Shown here: positions 1-13,570 of the stretch, piece after piece
How the letters are laid out: each line of letters begins with the position of its first letter
How positions within the stretch are numbered: position 1 is the first letter of the stretch
Source: Octopus sinensis
Lineage: Eukaryota
NCBI RefSeq assembly: GCF_006345805.1
Contig: NC_042999.1
Span: 144,584,001 to 144,648,000 of the forward strand
Direction: 5' to 3'
Length of the DNA stretch: 64,000 nucleotides
Position numbers and translations under genes: made by a program
Notes under the pieces: generated by a model
Told to the model about the DNA's origin: nothing
What the model saw: the letters and a program-made list of their open reading frames with translations, nothing else
The model's database searches: none

Positions 1-706
1 GTGTCATCCAAGCTGATGTTTATTGGTAATTCAACTTAATTTGCAACACCTGTGCATATTTATCAGCTTTGTTTTTGTTGGTAATTCTTATTAACAACTT
101 TTCCTGTGATTGTGATTTGAGAAGACATACAGCAGTATGCTAAAGATCAGACATAATCTCATGTGGGCAAGAAATGTAAATAAAGTTTATTGTAAACAAC
201 ATAAACACTTTGTAATTAAATAGCTTTCAATGTGATACCTGTTAAACAAATTATTTTTATTTAATAAAATCTAATTATAAGTAAGTGAAATTATGCTAAA
301 TACAACTAAATTGAAAATCTTTTTTCCCTGGCTATATCGGCAATTCTGAAAACTTATGGGTGCAAATTTTACATGAGTAGAAGCTTTTTTTTAACAAATT
401 TTATCCTGAAAAATCACCTGCGTAAATTAGACAGGTGTGCAGATTACATGAATTTTTACAGTATACAATTAAAATAGTCAAGTACAAACAATAAAATATG
501 AAATTGTAAATAATATTACACAAGATGTTTTTTTCTCACTTGAATTGAAATCTCATTACAAAAACAAAAAAAAATCATTGATTGCAGTAGAATGGTCATT
601 AAATGGTTTCAGATCAACTATATGCTCAGTCAATTCTTCCATGTTAAAAAAGAAAAAAATTAATCCGACAAATAAATCATAAGTAAAATTTATTAGTTAG
701 CATTAA

Positions 707-796
707 TAAAGTAGAATTAGCCTAATTCATTACTTCACCTAATTCGTCACTTTCAATTTTCTCTTAGGGATGACTAATTAGGCGAATTCTACTGTA
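707..796. mobile_element. Short TA-flanked MITE (Tc1/mariner/pogo type)
   Basis: Imperfect terminal inverted repeats taaagtagaattagcctaatt / aattaggcgaattctactgta. A partial second right end lies at ~1095-1118. Confidence 0.55.
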
Positions 797-834
797 TTTT
801 TTAAAATTAATTTTATTTTATTTCATTTTTAAAA

Positions 835-995
835 TACTGCTTTTTCCAAAAATAAGCCCATGAGCTTAAATACAGACTTAAATAATTTTTTTCCTGTAAA
901 TAATAAAAATTACTAGGGCTATACATGAAAAGGTTTTCTGAATATAAGCCCATATGCTTAAAATCGGATGGACTTATTTTTGGAAAAACCCAGTA
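835..995. mobile_element. TA-flanked MITE (Tc1/mariner/pogo type)
   Basis: TIRs tactgctttttccaaaaataagccca / tggacttatttttggaaaaacccagta, with TA at both ends. Confidence 0.7.
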
Positions 996-1330
996 ATGTT
1001 TTTATAATTTTTGTTTTAATAAAATATACTAAATTTTTAAAATGTTATTCTCAGGTGCAGTATCTTAAGTACTTTCTAGTTTCCTCTAGAGGTGACAAAT
1101 TAGGCAAATTCTGCTGTAGAAATCTTGTTTTGTACTTTTCCAGGTATAATAACTTAAGAATATTAACATGCATGCTCCTGCATTTTTTGTTGTAATACAT
1201 AAATATGTGTGTGTATGTACACATACATCATCATTATTTTAATGTCTATTTTTCATGCTTGCATGGGTCAGACAGAGGTAGATATTTTATGACTAGATGA
1301 CCTTCCAACCCTCATCTCTTTCCAAACATG

Positions 1331-1887
1331 GTAATATTTCCCCATGGCTGGACATGTTTTCACAGAAGATTAGATTTCAGTTCCCATCTACCACTTGGCT
1401 TGGAACTAAAATAAAAAGGTGTCCAAAGTGCTATGCAGTGGGACTGAACCCAAAACCACCTAGTTGGGAAGCAAACTTCTTACTCACACAACCAGTGTGT
1501 GTGTGTGTGTGTGTCATAGTTCAGATGGAATTTGTTGAGGCAGATTTTTCTACAGCTGAGTGCCCTTCCTGTTGCCAACTTTTACCTGTTTCCAAGTAAA
1601 GTAATATTTCCCCATGGCTGGACATGTTTTCACAGAAGATTAGATTTCAGTTCCCATCTACCACTTGGCTTGGAACTAAAATAAAAAGGTGTCCAAAGTG
1701 CTATGCAGTGGGACTGAACCCAAAACCACCTAGTTGGGAAGCAAACTTCTTACTCACACAACCAGTGTGTGTGTGTGTGTGTGTCATAGTTCAGATGGAA
1801 TTTGTTGAGGCAGATTTTTCTACAGCTGAGTGCCCTTCCTGTTGCCAACTTTTACCTGTTTCCAAGTAAAGTAATATTTCCCCATGG
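1331..1887 (+). repeat. Perfect 270-bp tandem duplication of SINE-derived sequence
   Basis: 1331-1600 equals 1601-1870 base for base, including the (GT)n tract. The 17-bp start gtaatatttccccatgg recurs at 1871. Confidence 0.95.
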
Positions 1888-3671
1888 TCTGATATTTTCA
1901 CAGAATACTGGAATGAAGGACACCACTTGCATGATGGTGACGCTCAGTTACAAATGGAGATAGTAACATATAAAGCCTATATATCCTATATACCTATATC
2001 TATATGATGGGCTTCTTTTAGTTTCCCATCTAATAAATCCTCTCACAAGGTTTTGGCTAGCCCAGGGCTGCAGTAAAAGATACTTGCCCATAGTGCCACT
2101 CAATGGGACTGAACCCAGGTCTATATGGCTGGGTAGCAAACTTCTTACAACACTGCCACACCTGCACCTATGTGTGTGTAGATATATCAATTTATGTTTT
2201 CCATATAACCTCTCTTTCTCTCTCTCTCTCACACACACACACACATTAACATGTGCATATATGTGCAGTCATACACATACATACACATATTTGTGTATGT
2301 GCACACATTACCACTCTTAGTATATTAATCTTTAGCAATCTGTCTGGTTCAGTAGATGCTCTCTTTGGTTGGCTGCACATTCCTGGTGAAGGAGCAGTGT
2401 CTAGTCCATTCAGTCTTTGCTCTAATTAATTACACAAAACTATTAGTACCACACTAATTACATTCAATTCACTATATATCTGGGTCACTTCCTAACCAAA
2501 TGTAGCTGTAGTATGTTTCTGCCTTGTTATAACCTTCAGTGTCCAAACCAGAAATAGAAGTTCTAACAACAAGCAGTGATGTGGTCACCAATGGTAGTGA
2601 GGATGATAATGCCTTCATTTTTTTTTCATCTTAGATCCTCTTTTGTTTAAAAAGACAAAACTCTCCATTAAAATCCACTAAAAATTCAATGAGGGTTTTT
2701 TTTGTTTTTGTTTTTCTCATATTTATTTCTATTGATGAAATCTAGAGCTTGTTTCCAGTGTTTCACACATTCACATCTGTAATGCAAGAGTGTAACTTTA
2801 TAGCCTTTGAAACTTTATATTCTGATATATGGTTGTAATTACCAAATGTAATGGAGAGCTTCTGCAAAAGTTTCAAACCCAGAAAAATAATTGAAAGACC
2901 AATTATCTAAAGATTAACATAGCAGAGATGAAAATTCTAACTTGTAACTGAAAGTCATCATCATCGTTTTTTTTCGTCTACTTTTTCTCTGCTTGCATGG
3001 GTCAGATGGAGTTTATTGAAGCACATTGTCTATGGTCAGATGCCCTTCCTGTCACCAGCACTCACCTGTTCCCCATGACCAGACATGTTTTCACAGAATA
3101 TTGGAAATGAAAAATTGCTTTTATGACTGTGACATTCAGTTACAACTCTTATGCAATGTCAAGACAAGGTGACACAAACATACACACACACGTGCATATA
3201 TAATGGACTTCTTTTAGTTTCTACCTACCAAATCCACTCTCAAGGCTTTGGTTGGCCTGGAGCTATAGTAGAAGACCAAGGCGCCTTGCAGTGGAAACTG
3301 AACCCAAAACAACCATGTGGTTGGAAAGCAAATTTCTTGACTGCACAGCCACACCTATATATATATGGGTGGATGGATGCATGCATGCATAGTGATGTAT
3401 TCTTGATACAAGTACTAGATACAGTAGGGTCTCTGAAGAAAGTACAGACTTGGATGTGATAGATTCACAAGAATTGTTAGTACTAAAAGAAAACCATGGA
3501 ATGGATTTCAAGATTTCTTTATATAGTTCGTATTTAACCCTTTTTATACCAACCTACCTAAGACCACCCCCTAGTTTTATAATACAAATTAACTGTTTTA
3601 AAGTGATCCAAGTTAAAACCTTCCCTAAAAATTCCTCATTCATTTGTTCCAGATACCAGCTTAATAACAAT

Positions 3672-3969
3672 CAGGGCTGTGGAGTCAAAACAAAAAACTT
3701 CAACTCCGACTCTGACTCCTGTACTATTGGCATCTCTGACTCCAACTCCTCTTTATGTAATTAAGTGATTGTGGTCTACATATATCATAAAGCATATGCA
3801 TACACTTGTACTTTGAGAAGGCCTATATGTTATAACTCGTTTATATCAAAGAATAAAGACATTGTGAGTCAGAATCAGAGTTGATATAGTTTTACTGACT
3901 CTGCTCCAGCTACCCCTTAATTGTTTCCGACTCCAACTCCACAACTCCGACTCCAACTCCACAGCTCTG
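3672..3969. mobile_element. hAT-type MITE with 8-bp target-site duplication
   Basis: Termini cagggctgtggag / ctccacagctctg, internal gactcc/aactcc subrepeats, and flanks ataacaat at 3664-3671 and 3970-3977. Confidence 0.85.
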
Positions 3970-5405
3970 ATAACAATAAAGTTATTTCAATAAATCCTTT
4001 ATTATTTCCAAAGTTAGTTGAAACATCAGCAGTGTAGTCCAACAGAAATATAGTAACATTAGTTCTGGAAGTGAAAGCATTGTCAATAGAGTAAGAAAGG
4101 AGTAGAAATTAAGGAGCTATTGGCCTTTGTTTCAGATATACATTCACTTACTGAAACTGATATACATACACAAATCTGATTTATTGAATTTGTCTGCACT
4201 AATTAAATCAGCATCCTCTGGGACATCATTATATTAATAGCAGTAGCAATCTACAAGATAAAGACTGAAAGCAAGAGTGCGTGTTTGCTGCACTTGGTCC
4301 ATTGATCCTTTACACTGATGGAAATCAAATTATGCGTCTACTCTAAACTCTAATTACTGTGGAACATTTAGTCATACGGTCTACTATTTCTACCAATACC
4401 AGCTTCTCTTTTTACTTCTATTTATCCAGTTTGAATGAATCAGGGGCACCCCTCTCCTTTTTTTGTTTTTAACTACTAAACTATGAACCACACATGAAAC
4501 CAATTTTTGGAAGCCAGATAAACTGGAGCAGAGTTATTTGTATTGTTTAGGGGTAAAACACAGCTATAACTGATAAATTTTAAACTTGCCCCCATGTGAT
4601 TAGTATTCCAGTCTCTTATCATCCCCACTTTTTGATCCACTTTTCCATGCATGCAAGGATTAGACCTCTAGCACAGCATGGGAAGTAATCTGGCATTGTT
4701 CATGACTCACTAGTTAATATTAAACAAGCCCAATAACATAATTATTTAGTTAACATAATTATTTACTTTTCATATCATAGAATCCTTGTACTTTGCTTAT
4801 CAGCATGGTGACTTCTTCCTATCAACTCATGTAACTTGAGCTGAATACAGTCTATTGTCACAGACATAATATGGTCGTGGTCTCAAAGCCACGAAAATAT
4901 TTTGACAAATTAAATTTACATGTTGAAGTGAATCTAACGGATTTTGTGTGTTTCTTAAATGGCTTATAAACACCTTCCACACTGCAATATTAAAATAACT
5001 GCACAGCAAACTTAGTGGACAGACACCAGTCACCATTTGCAACAGCTGATGAACAGAAAATGTAAACAATCAGCCCATTCAGCCACGTCCCAGGGTCTGT
5101 TCTGTTAACACTATCTCACTAGAGCGCTCTCTCATGCAGCACTCCACCAGCCAAAGGTTTTCTGGACAAGTGTAGTTTACAGTAACTAATCCACCTGTTA
5201 CAGCAGATTAGCCGTATGTACCAGTACCTTCTGTGACTGGCCTGTTTGTGTCAGTCTGACCAATCACAATAAACCTTACAGTTACCGGTTACTTTTAAAC
5301 ACATATAGACAGGGTTTCTTGAAAAGGCTCGAGTTATTACTCTTTCATTAGCTACAGTATTCTCACTGGGTGAACATTAATCTCCAGGTACTGCAAAACC
5401 CACTC

Positions 5406-5700
5406 ATGGCTCCAAGTGATAAACAGTGGAAATATGAAGCTGGTTTTAAGCTGAAAGTGGTAGCATATGCCAAGTCCGACAACAACTGTGCTGCTGCAAG
5501 AGAATACAGTGTAATCAAGATGTAAGAGTTTGGAAATTAAAGGAAGACTTATTTAGGAATACACCCAGGATAAAATGTGCAATGAGAGGAGGCACTGCAC
5601 ACTGGCTGATTCTAGAGAAGCATGTAGCAGACATGGTCCATGAGCAGCGTCAAATGGATACGTTGTTTCAAGACCAATAGTCTCGTGAAGCAAGACAAAA
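5406..5700 (+). mobile_element. Degenerate pogo-family transposase 5' end (Brinker-type DNA-binding domain)
   Basis: Translation from ATG 5406 gives MAPSDKQWKYEAGFKLKVVAYAKSDNNCAAAREYSV, then a stop. This matches the YxxxFKLKVV...NxAAAR pattern of BrkDBD pogo elements. Confidence 0.7.
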
Positions 5701-6458
5701 TTTACAAATTAAAGAAAATACTTGCACTGTACTTTATAACATCTCTAATATATTACAACATAATATTATACATACCGTAAGTAAATCTGTATATCCATTT
5801 CAAGTAAATGGTGTTACTATGGTATACTTGACACCATGTTAGTTCCTGTAAAATAACTAATGCCTAAGTGACGTTACTACGGTAGTGTTTACACCAGCCA
5901 GGTATGTTTGATGTGTATTATAGTAATTCACAATATTTGGCCATTTTTTGAAAAGAACTGGATAAATTTTAAACAACCAAGACTGCAGAATTGTTGCATA
6001 CAAAGTTTGCTGGTTGAAATGTAGTTAAAATGCTACTGAAACAAGAAAAGCAGAAGCTTCAGAGGCTGCTGGGGAAGCTACAGCTCATCGAACCCCTTTA
6101 ACTATGAAGCTTGTGCCTTTGGAATTCGATCTATTTTCCACAAAAACTTGGGATAGTCTTATACAGCAAGTATAGCTCAAAATCCACTTTTTAAATGGAA
6201 ATCCTGGGGGTCGCCTTGTATGCCCAGTCATATTATACACCTGTATGTAGAGTATATGAAATAAAATTATGTATAACATTATTTAACTTTGTTTTATCTC
6301 ATTGAACCACAATCAATAATTGTCTATATAGTGACTTCTTCCTGTCAATTTATATATCATTCCAGTTTAGTACAAAGTTTGTCCTTGCAGAGACACATCT
6401 GTGTGTACTATTTCATGCGATGACTAATATTTTACTTTGTCTTATTTTCTGCTTTTAG

Positions 6459-6551
6459 CCTTTAGTGAAGTTCAAGAGTCACTTGTATTATGAAGAAAAA
6501 GATTATGTTTCTGAAGCTGAGAAAAACCTACAAATTAGCCCTGGAAGCAAG
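6459..6551 (+). CDS. ASH2L: ASH2L coding exon (SPRY region), 93 nt, phase 0/0
   Basis: ttttag|CCT...AAG|gtaata; PLVKFKSHLYYEEKDYVSEAEKNLQISPGSK resembles vertebrate [31 protein letters not shown]. Confidence 0.93.
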
Positions 6552-9129
6552 GTAATAATATTATCTGATTTTCTTGTTTCCATTCATTTCTAATATTTTA
6601 ATGATCTAGTAACGTTTTCCATTTAAAATATTGTTGCCATTAAGTTGAACCTCTCATACCCACAATGGCTAGCAAGTATAATGTAATGAAGTAGTTCATA
6701 GGGAAGCTTTTTATGCATAGTGTCTGATCTGCTGAGTAGAAGGCAAATCTCTCAATATAATCATTAAACTGGTAACTTTTGTTCAAAGTTCTGAACCTTA
6801 GAACAACATATCATATTATAGACAAGTAAAAAAAAAAAGTTTCCTAAGTGGAATAAATGAGTTTTTGTGAGAAAAAGAAGCCTGATATTTTTGTGCAGTA
6901 CTCTTTATAAAGAAAAATGAAATTTCATCTTTTATCTCTCATCTTTCTCTAACAAAAGATCCTTTCTAAAACATTAGATTTCTCCTCACAGCGAACTAAT
7001 CTATTTTGCGAGGTGAACTATTTTCATTATCATAATTTAACGTCTGTGCTCCATGCTGGAATAGATTGGATGGTTTGGCATGATCTGATGTTTCTAAGGA
7101 CTGCATCATATTCCAGTGTCTGTTTTGGCATGGTTTCTATTGGCTGGATGCCCTTTCTGATGCTAACCACTTTACAGTGCTTTTGCCAACATGAACCAGT
7201 ATATATTTTATCTAGTATACATACAATATATATATATATATATACTCCGTAATTGATGATGACAATGACTACATTACATTCTGTAAGTGTTCCCAGTGAA
7301 AATAGCTAAGATACTTATGTCATGTTTGAGTGATTTGCAATATCAAAGGCATGCAGCTTTGAAATGTCTAAATTTATTTTAAAAAGTCGTTTAAACCATT
7401 CTAATATATAAAACATAACTATAAATGCTTGTCTGTTATTTCTCATTAAGGATTTAATATTCATCAAGTTATATTCTAACAAATAGACATAATTTGTTCC
7501 TCTCCTAATGCCAGTAGCTTTATTATCATTTTAAAGTTTATTTTTCTATATTGATTAGTCAAAATTACAGAAATCAGCAATACATCATCGTTCTAGTCAT
7601 CTTGATTCTACACCATATTTATATGATCCAATATTCATAAGCTTAACCTAACTACTCTTTGCCCATGTTTATTTTGGCCTACCTCAAACACAGACACTTT
7701 TCATAAATTATATAACTTGCATACACTGGACACTGACATTTACCTGTGTTTTCAACTTCTTCTCACTTAATCATTCCCAAATTAACTCATTATTTTTACA
7801 ATTGCTGCAGCTGTTTAACATTCAGTGCCCTTGTTTCACTGTCATTTGTTTTCATATTTCTTATATGCCTTTCATAGAAAGATAGAAATTCATTGTCCCA
7901 AACAAATATTCTAAATTTTACTCAATTTATTCTCAATACTATATATGTTACAGAATATCAGAAGAGTCCATTGCTATCTGTGTGATCAATAATAAAAATC
8001 TTTCACATTACAGCTAACAGATACAGATAACATGGCCAGCTCACACATGCCCATGTTTGTTTTCCATTTTACATCTGTTTTTCATGTTAGTATATTTTGA
8101 ATAGGTGTACATCATGGGATATTTTAACATATTTTCAAAGTTTGAATGCCTTCCTTAAAACCAATATTTCAATGGAAGTGTTGTTTTCCAATCAGTATAT
8201 GTATAGCATTAAAAGAAGTAATTTTCCATCAGTTAAGAGCCCTTCTATAAAAATAATTAGTCTATCCTTTTACAAAGTGGTATAGGCATAGCTGAGTGGT
8301 TAAGAAGTTTGCTTCCCAACCACATCATTTTGGATCCTATCTGCAGCATCAAGCAGTGTCCTTCATTTCCAATTTCTGTGTAAACATGTCTGGCCATTGG
8401 AAAATATTACCTTCCTTAGAAGCCAATGAGCATTGGTAAAAGAAAGGATATTGCCTCAACAAATTCCATCTGATCTAAGCAAGCTTGAAAAAGTGGACAT
8501 TAGAATAACTACGAAGTTGATGATTATAACAATGATAATGTTGATGATGATCATCTAAGCACACAGAGAATTTATATCAGTGTATAACTTTTTACTAAAT
8601 AAACAATACTATAGAAACAAAATCTGCTCAAGATAAGTATTAATATGACCATCAATTAAAAAAAAGTATTTAGCTGTTGTACTCCTGCGCCATGCCAAAT
8701 ATTCATCTCTATAACTTCTCCGAAGCATTTTACCTTAAAGTAGATAGATCCTGTTCAAATTCTTTTCTGAGAGTGTATGTTACTGGCAGTCCCAATTGAG
8801 AAAATCCTTCCATCATAAGCATTTCAAACTTTTTTGTTTTTCTTATGCAAGGCTATGTTATCCAATATTATGTCCTTTTTTTATGATTACACAGAGGTTC
8901 ACACATTGGCTGATAATATTCCAGCAATATTAAAATCTGACAACTTTTCACCACTAGTCCACTCAACAGTGTAACTGTTAACATTACATATGAATATTCT
9001 AACTCTAAATCACATTATTTTGTATTAAGCTTTTGTTATACCTCAGCTGCTGGTATTATTTTATTATAGATATTTATTACATGATGTAACTAACTATTGT
9101 AACTCTAACTCTATTTTCACATCTTGCAG

Positions 9130-9228
9130 TTAATTACTTACAAAAATGGAGAAATTCAAGGGATAATGTTTACTGATATCTTTGAAGGAGTCTACCACCC
9201 TTCTGTATCATTATACAAGAATGCTACT
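9130..9228 (+). CDS. ASH2L: ASH2L coding exon, 99 nt, phase 0/0
   Basis: ttgcag|TTA...ACT|gtaagt; [33 protein letters not shown] resembles [33 protein letters not shown]. Confidence 0.95.
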
Positions 9229-9319
9229 GTAAGTATTCATTTCATTATCTTGCATATTTCTTTCCTTTCTTCTAAATTTGTTTGCTGTGGATTAAGCAAG
9301 TTCAAAAAACTATATTTAA

Positions 9320-9531
9320 CCCTTTAGCATTCAGATTAATGTAATGTTTTTTTTATTCACAGTGTTTTGAACTAATCACACATTATCTTGTAGCTTTGAG
9401 ATTTTGATGATGTAATTATTTATTCTTAGAATGACGTTATAGGTTAGGTGTGAGAGGCCAGATACAGCCAGTTTGAACATAAAATAGGTAAAATATTTAG
9501 GCCAGATGTGGCTGGTTTAAATGCTAAAGAG
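9320..9531. mobile_element. piggyBac-type MITE with TTAA target duplication
   Basis: TTAA|ccctttagcatt ... aatgctaaagag|TTAA. Same family as 38349-38568. Confidence 0.8.
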
Positions 9532-9944
9532 TTAAAGGATTTGTGCACACTTCTAATAAAATTTACAGTGAGGTGGTCATCTGGATACTCAGTACTTATT
9601 TTGTTTTGATGACTACCCCTAATTATCATCTAGCTAGTTCTGACAATTGCTGCCCTTTTATGGGCTCACAACCCTGATACATTCAGCATTATACTTTTCT
9701 TTCTCTTTTTTTTTATATATATAACTCTAACATACTCTTTCCAAGCTTTCAGCAAATTTTAGTTTTTCAGATTATTCTGCAAATGAGAATAAGTTGATCA
9801 GTATCTAATAGTTCTCCTGGATAACCCTCAAATACCACCTAAATAAAAGAGAATCAAAATCAATACATTAGTGGACTTGGGTATAAACAGGGTTCATATT
9901 TTCATATTCTTGTTGTCAATGTTGTTGTTTTATTATGTGTTTAG

Positions 9945-10340
9945 GTGTAGGCTAGCTGTGTGGTTAAGGAGTACATTTCCCAACCAACATAGTTTGGGGT
10001 TCAGTCCCACTTCATGGCACCCTGGGCAAGTATCTTCTATTATAGCCTCAAGTTAACCAAATCCTTGTGAATGGATTTGGTACATAGAAAAATTGTGTGT
10101 GTGTTTGTGTTTGCATCTCTTTGTTGACATCACTTGAGAGTTGTAAATGAGTGTCACTGTCATACAAGCAATGTCACTTGTTTCCAATCTTCTATGAGAA
10201 CATGTCCAATCATGAGGAAATATTATCTTACTTGGAAACATGTGAGGGTTGGTGACATGAAGGGTATCTGGCTGTAGAAAATCTACCTCAATGAATTGTG
10301 TCTGCTGCTTACAAGTATAGAAAAGTGAATGTTTAAATGA
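9945..10340 (+). mobile_element. tRNA-derived SINE with RTE-like 3' tail
   Basis: A-box-like gtgtggttaag, B-box-like ggttcagtccc, and a 3' part shared with many copies and with the RTE 3' end. Confidence 0.65.
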
Positions 10341-10342
10341 TG

Positions 10343-10392
<50 letters not shown>

Positions 10393-10412
10393 TATTTTTA
10401 TTTATATCCTAG

Positions 10413-10475
10413 GTCTCTGTAAATTTTGGACCTAATTTCAAATATCCACCTAAGGATTGCGGCCCCTACACACCA
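10413..10475 (+). CDS. ASH2L: ASH2L coding exon, 63 nt, phase 0/0
   Basis: tcctag|GTC...CCA|gtaagt; VSVNFGPNFKYPPKDCGPYTP resembles [20 protein letters not shown]. Confidence 0.95.
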
Positions 10476-11785
10476 GTAAGTAATTCCAAAGTTTACACTA
10501 ATTTCTATTGTGGGAATGGGGTTGGGGACTTGAAACTTTTATTTCAGTTATTTCTTTAAAGAAAATGTCTGGCATCAGAAGCAACATCATCAACAACTGC
10601 AAGTCTCACAGGTGATGCCTATGATTGTTGTTACAGCTGTTTCCAGCACACCACTTATTAGATTTCCAAACACAGCCAAAAGAGAAGACCAGAGGCCAAC
10701 AATGTAGAGTACCAAGAAAGTAATAGATCTCCTTCAGTACAGGACCATCTAAAGCTCTTCATCATGAGGTTATAGGGCAGAGTGTAGCATAGAGAAATAT
10801 GGGAAACCATCAGAGATAGTGAAGAAGAAAAAGAGAGAGAACAAAAGTAAAAGAATGTGTCTTGTATAAAACCAAGTAGGCTACTTCAGATCCCAATGAA
10901 AGAATCTCTGACTGATACAAATGTTGAAGAAGAGGCTATGTGCTGCTGATGGAAGAAGAGAAGGAAAACACTTACGTTGACATAAAATACATTCAAATGA
11001 TATCCTTTTAGTGAAAACCCACACTAGAAGTCTATTAGCAGCTGGATATGAGCTACCGAGAGGATTTGGGAGACTTTGGGGGTTGGCCTAAATACTGACA
11101 AGCAATTTTAAAAAGCACAGTATGCAGGAGGTGATCATAACTAAAGTAAGAGTCATGCAATGGCCTAATCTTTACTAAGTGGTGGGTGCTTCTTATCACT
11201 GTTCAAGTAGGTTATCCCACTTTTTTTTGTCTTTTACTTAATACCTAATCTAAATATATTGTTTTTGCCCAACCCACTCTTTATCTTACACATATTTTGT
11301 AATTGCTTTTCGTATGGCATAGTAAATATTGATTGATCTTTGTGGCCATTATCATCATTATTATTAAGACGGTGAGCTGACAGAATTGTTAGCTTAGCAG
11401 GCAAAATGCTTGGTGGCATTTAACCCGTCGCTGTGTTCTCAGTTCAAATTTTGCCAGGGCCAACTTTGCATTTCCTCCTTTTGGGGTTGTGCCAAAACAT
11501 TGCATCCTTTAAAACCTACATGTTTCCTGAAATTCACTAAAACTACATTTGATATCCTCCACCCCTTCATATGCATGCACACATGTATATCATGACTCAT
11601 ACTTGACTTTTGTACATAATTCTGTGTACTGTACATGCACCTTTGATGAGTTGTAATGCACCTGAGCACTATACACAATAATTTCATTATTATTATTGTA
11701 AAATAAATACCAGCTGAGTACTGGAGTTGATGTAATTTACTTATTCCCTCCCCCAAAATTGCTGGCCTTGTGTCAAAATTTGAAA

Positions 11786-11796
11786 CTATCATCATC

Positions 11797-11852
<56 letters not shown>

Positions 11853-11930
11853 TATTATTATTATTCAAATTTGAAAACCATTGTTGTTGTTGCTATTTTG
11901 CTGTTATTATTATTATTGTCATCATCTCTT
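11786..11930. repeat. Compound (CAT)n/(TAT)n/(TGT)n microsatellite
   Basis: Directly visible. It explains the poly-M and poly-S ORFs in the track. Confidence 0.95.
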
Positions 11931-11939
11931 CTGTTGCAG

Positions 11940-12032
11940 ATGTCTAGGGCAGCTGGTGAAGCTATGGTGGAATATTCTTTGGCTGATGTCATCTATCATA
12001 TTGAAAATGAAGGCAACACACCTGAATTTTGA
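11940..12032 (+). CDS. ASH2L: ASH2L terminal coding exon (DPY30-binding motif), stop TGA 12030-12032
   Basis: ttgcag|ATG...TTT TGA; MSRAAGEAMVEYSLADVIYHIENEGNTPEF* resembles [24 protein letters not shown]. Confidence 0.95.
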   Translation: MSRAAGEAMVEYSLADVIYHIENEGNTPEF

Positions 12033-12275
12033 TATTTACATTTTCATTTAGTCAAAGATTTCACCCGGGAATACTATTTCAGTTAGTTACCTGATCTTAG
12101 GATACCATTATTTCATATTTTTTTCCATATCATTATTATTTTTTTTTTTTATTATCATTATTATTATAATTATTTAAGTATTAATATTTTACTGGAGTCA
12201 GTCTAAAGAGAAAGATGCCTTAGATATAACTGAAAATGTTTCATGACTCGGATGTCACTGGAAACTAACTTTGTG

Positions 12276-12281
12276 AATAAA
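12276..12281 (+). terminator. Candidate ASH2L polyadenylation signal
   Basis: AATAAA ~245 nt after the stop, with U-rich tracts further downstream. Position only, untested. Confidence 0.3.
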
Positions 12282-12845
12282 GTGTGTCAAGTGAGAAACA
12301 TACCAGCACAGCAGAGGCCATCACTCACTGAGCTATTGACAATAGCTAGAAGCCACAGATATGAAGCAAGAGTAAAGCAAAAAGCTACAACGGGGAATCA
12401 AAGCCAAAGCTGTTGCTTATCATCTTTAAAAAATGTCATCATTTTCTTAGATGTACATGATTCAAAACATCAAATATTTTTCATTAAAAACAAATTTTTT
12501 TTTTTATTTTTTTATAATTTTCTCATCTTTTAAAAACGTGTTTTTTTCCATTGTTTTAATTGTTTTTCTGTTTAACAAATCATATGAAATATTTCCCAAA
12601 TATTTTACTCTTTAGCTATTAAATTATTTTTTAAAATTTTTATGTTATTGTCATCATCATCATCATTATCATAAAGTCCTTTTTTTTTTCTTGCTTGCAT
12701 AGACTGGATACATTGTTTCCAATACACTTGTTGCAGTCTTTTGTTATCCTCTTCCACATATTCTTTCCACTTGGATTGCTTGATACTTCTTTATCTAAGC
12801 ACATCATATCTCCCTTCTAGATCAGTCCTCTCTCTCTTTCTCTCT

Positions 12846-12848
<3 letters not shown>

Positions 12849-12897
<49 letters not shown>

Positions 12898-12909
12898 TAT
12901 ATATATATT

Positions 12910-12975
<66 letters not shown>

Positions 12976-13022
12976 TTGTTGTTTATACACCTGTCTTCGT
13001 CTTTTGTTTTTCTGTAAATTTC

Positions 13023-13075
<53 letters not shown>
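12849..13075. repeat. (TA)n microsatellites enclosing a Penelope-type terminal fragment
   Basis: Long (TA)n runs flank tgttgtttatacacctgtcttcgtctttt..., which also occurs at ~59830-59880. Confidence 0.8.
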
Positions 13076-13077
<2 letters not shown>

Positions 13078-13189
13078 ACACACTACATTTGGTTCTTCTT
13101 ATGTTCCGTTTTTCTCTCAGCTCATTTGTGCTACATAATTTATGCACACTAACATTACACAACTAACAGAATATGTTTACCTCATTTCC

Positions 13190-13570
13190 TTCCAGCCTTT
13201 ACACATCCTCCACAATTAATGTCTAAGTTTTGCAGCATTGCACTTTATACAGAAGTACCATACAATCTACCCTGAACTTTTCCCTTCTTGTTCTTACTCT
13301 GGCCACTATTCCTTTGGAGCACCCTACTTCACTGCTGATTTGGTCACCTAGGTAACAGGAACTGTTAACTCCTTCTAAGGAACCTTCTGAGCATTTGATT
13401 GAATATATTTCATGAGTGTTCTTACTGCTATCAACTCTTTGCTTCTGATACTTACAAAATCAGCCTGTTTGTGACCTTATTACACTTCAGTGTAAACTCA
13501 TAGCTTACATTAGGTGCACTGTATGGATTATGAATGTTTTTATTTGCCTTAACTTAGCATAAAATAACTT
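13190..13570 (-). mobile_element. Degenerate RTE LINE fragment
   Basis: Reverse strand has SIQCT.CKL-like remains of the Cys-rich region of the intact RTE, with many stops. Confidence 0.5.

Noticed and set aside
1-6458. Upstream ASH2L exon (…PDTYKDK-like)
   Set aside because: Not found; presumably before the window.
9945-10020. SINE heads as tRNA genes
   Set aside because: A/B boxes are present but there is no cloverleaf, and they continue into repeat bodies.
11439-11947. Poly-Met and poly-Ser ORFs
   Set aside because: Translations of the (CAT)n microsatellite.
12243-12533. 96-aa ORF, or a minus-strand 79-nt exon candidate, after the ASH2L stop
   Set aside because: No homology recognised and no partner exons; most simply ASH2L 3' UTR.
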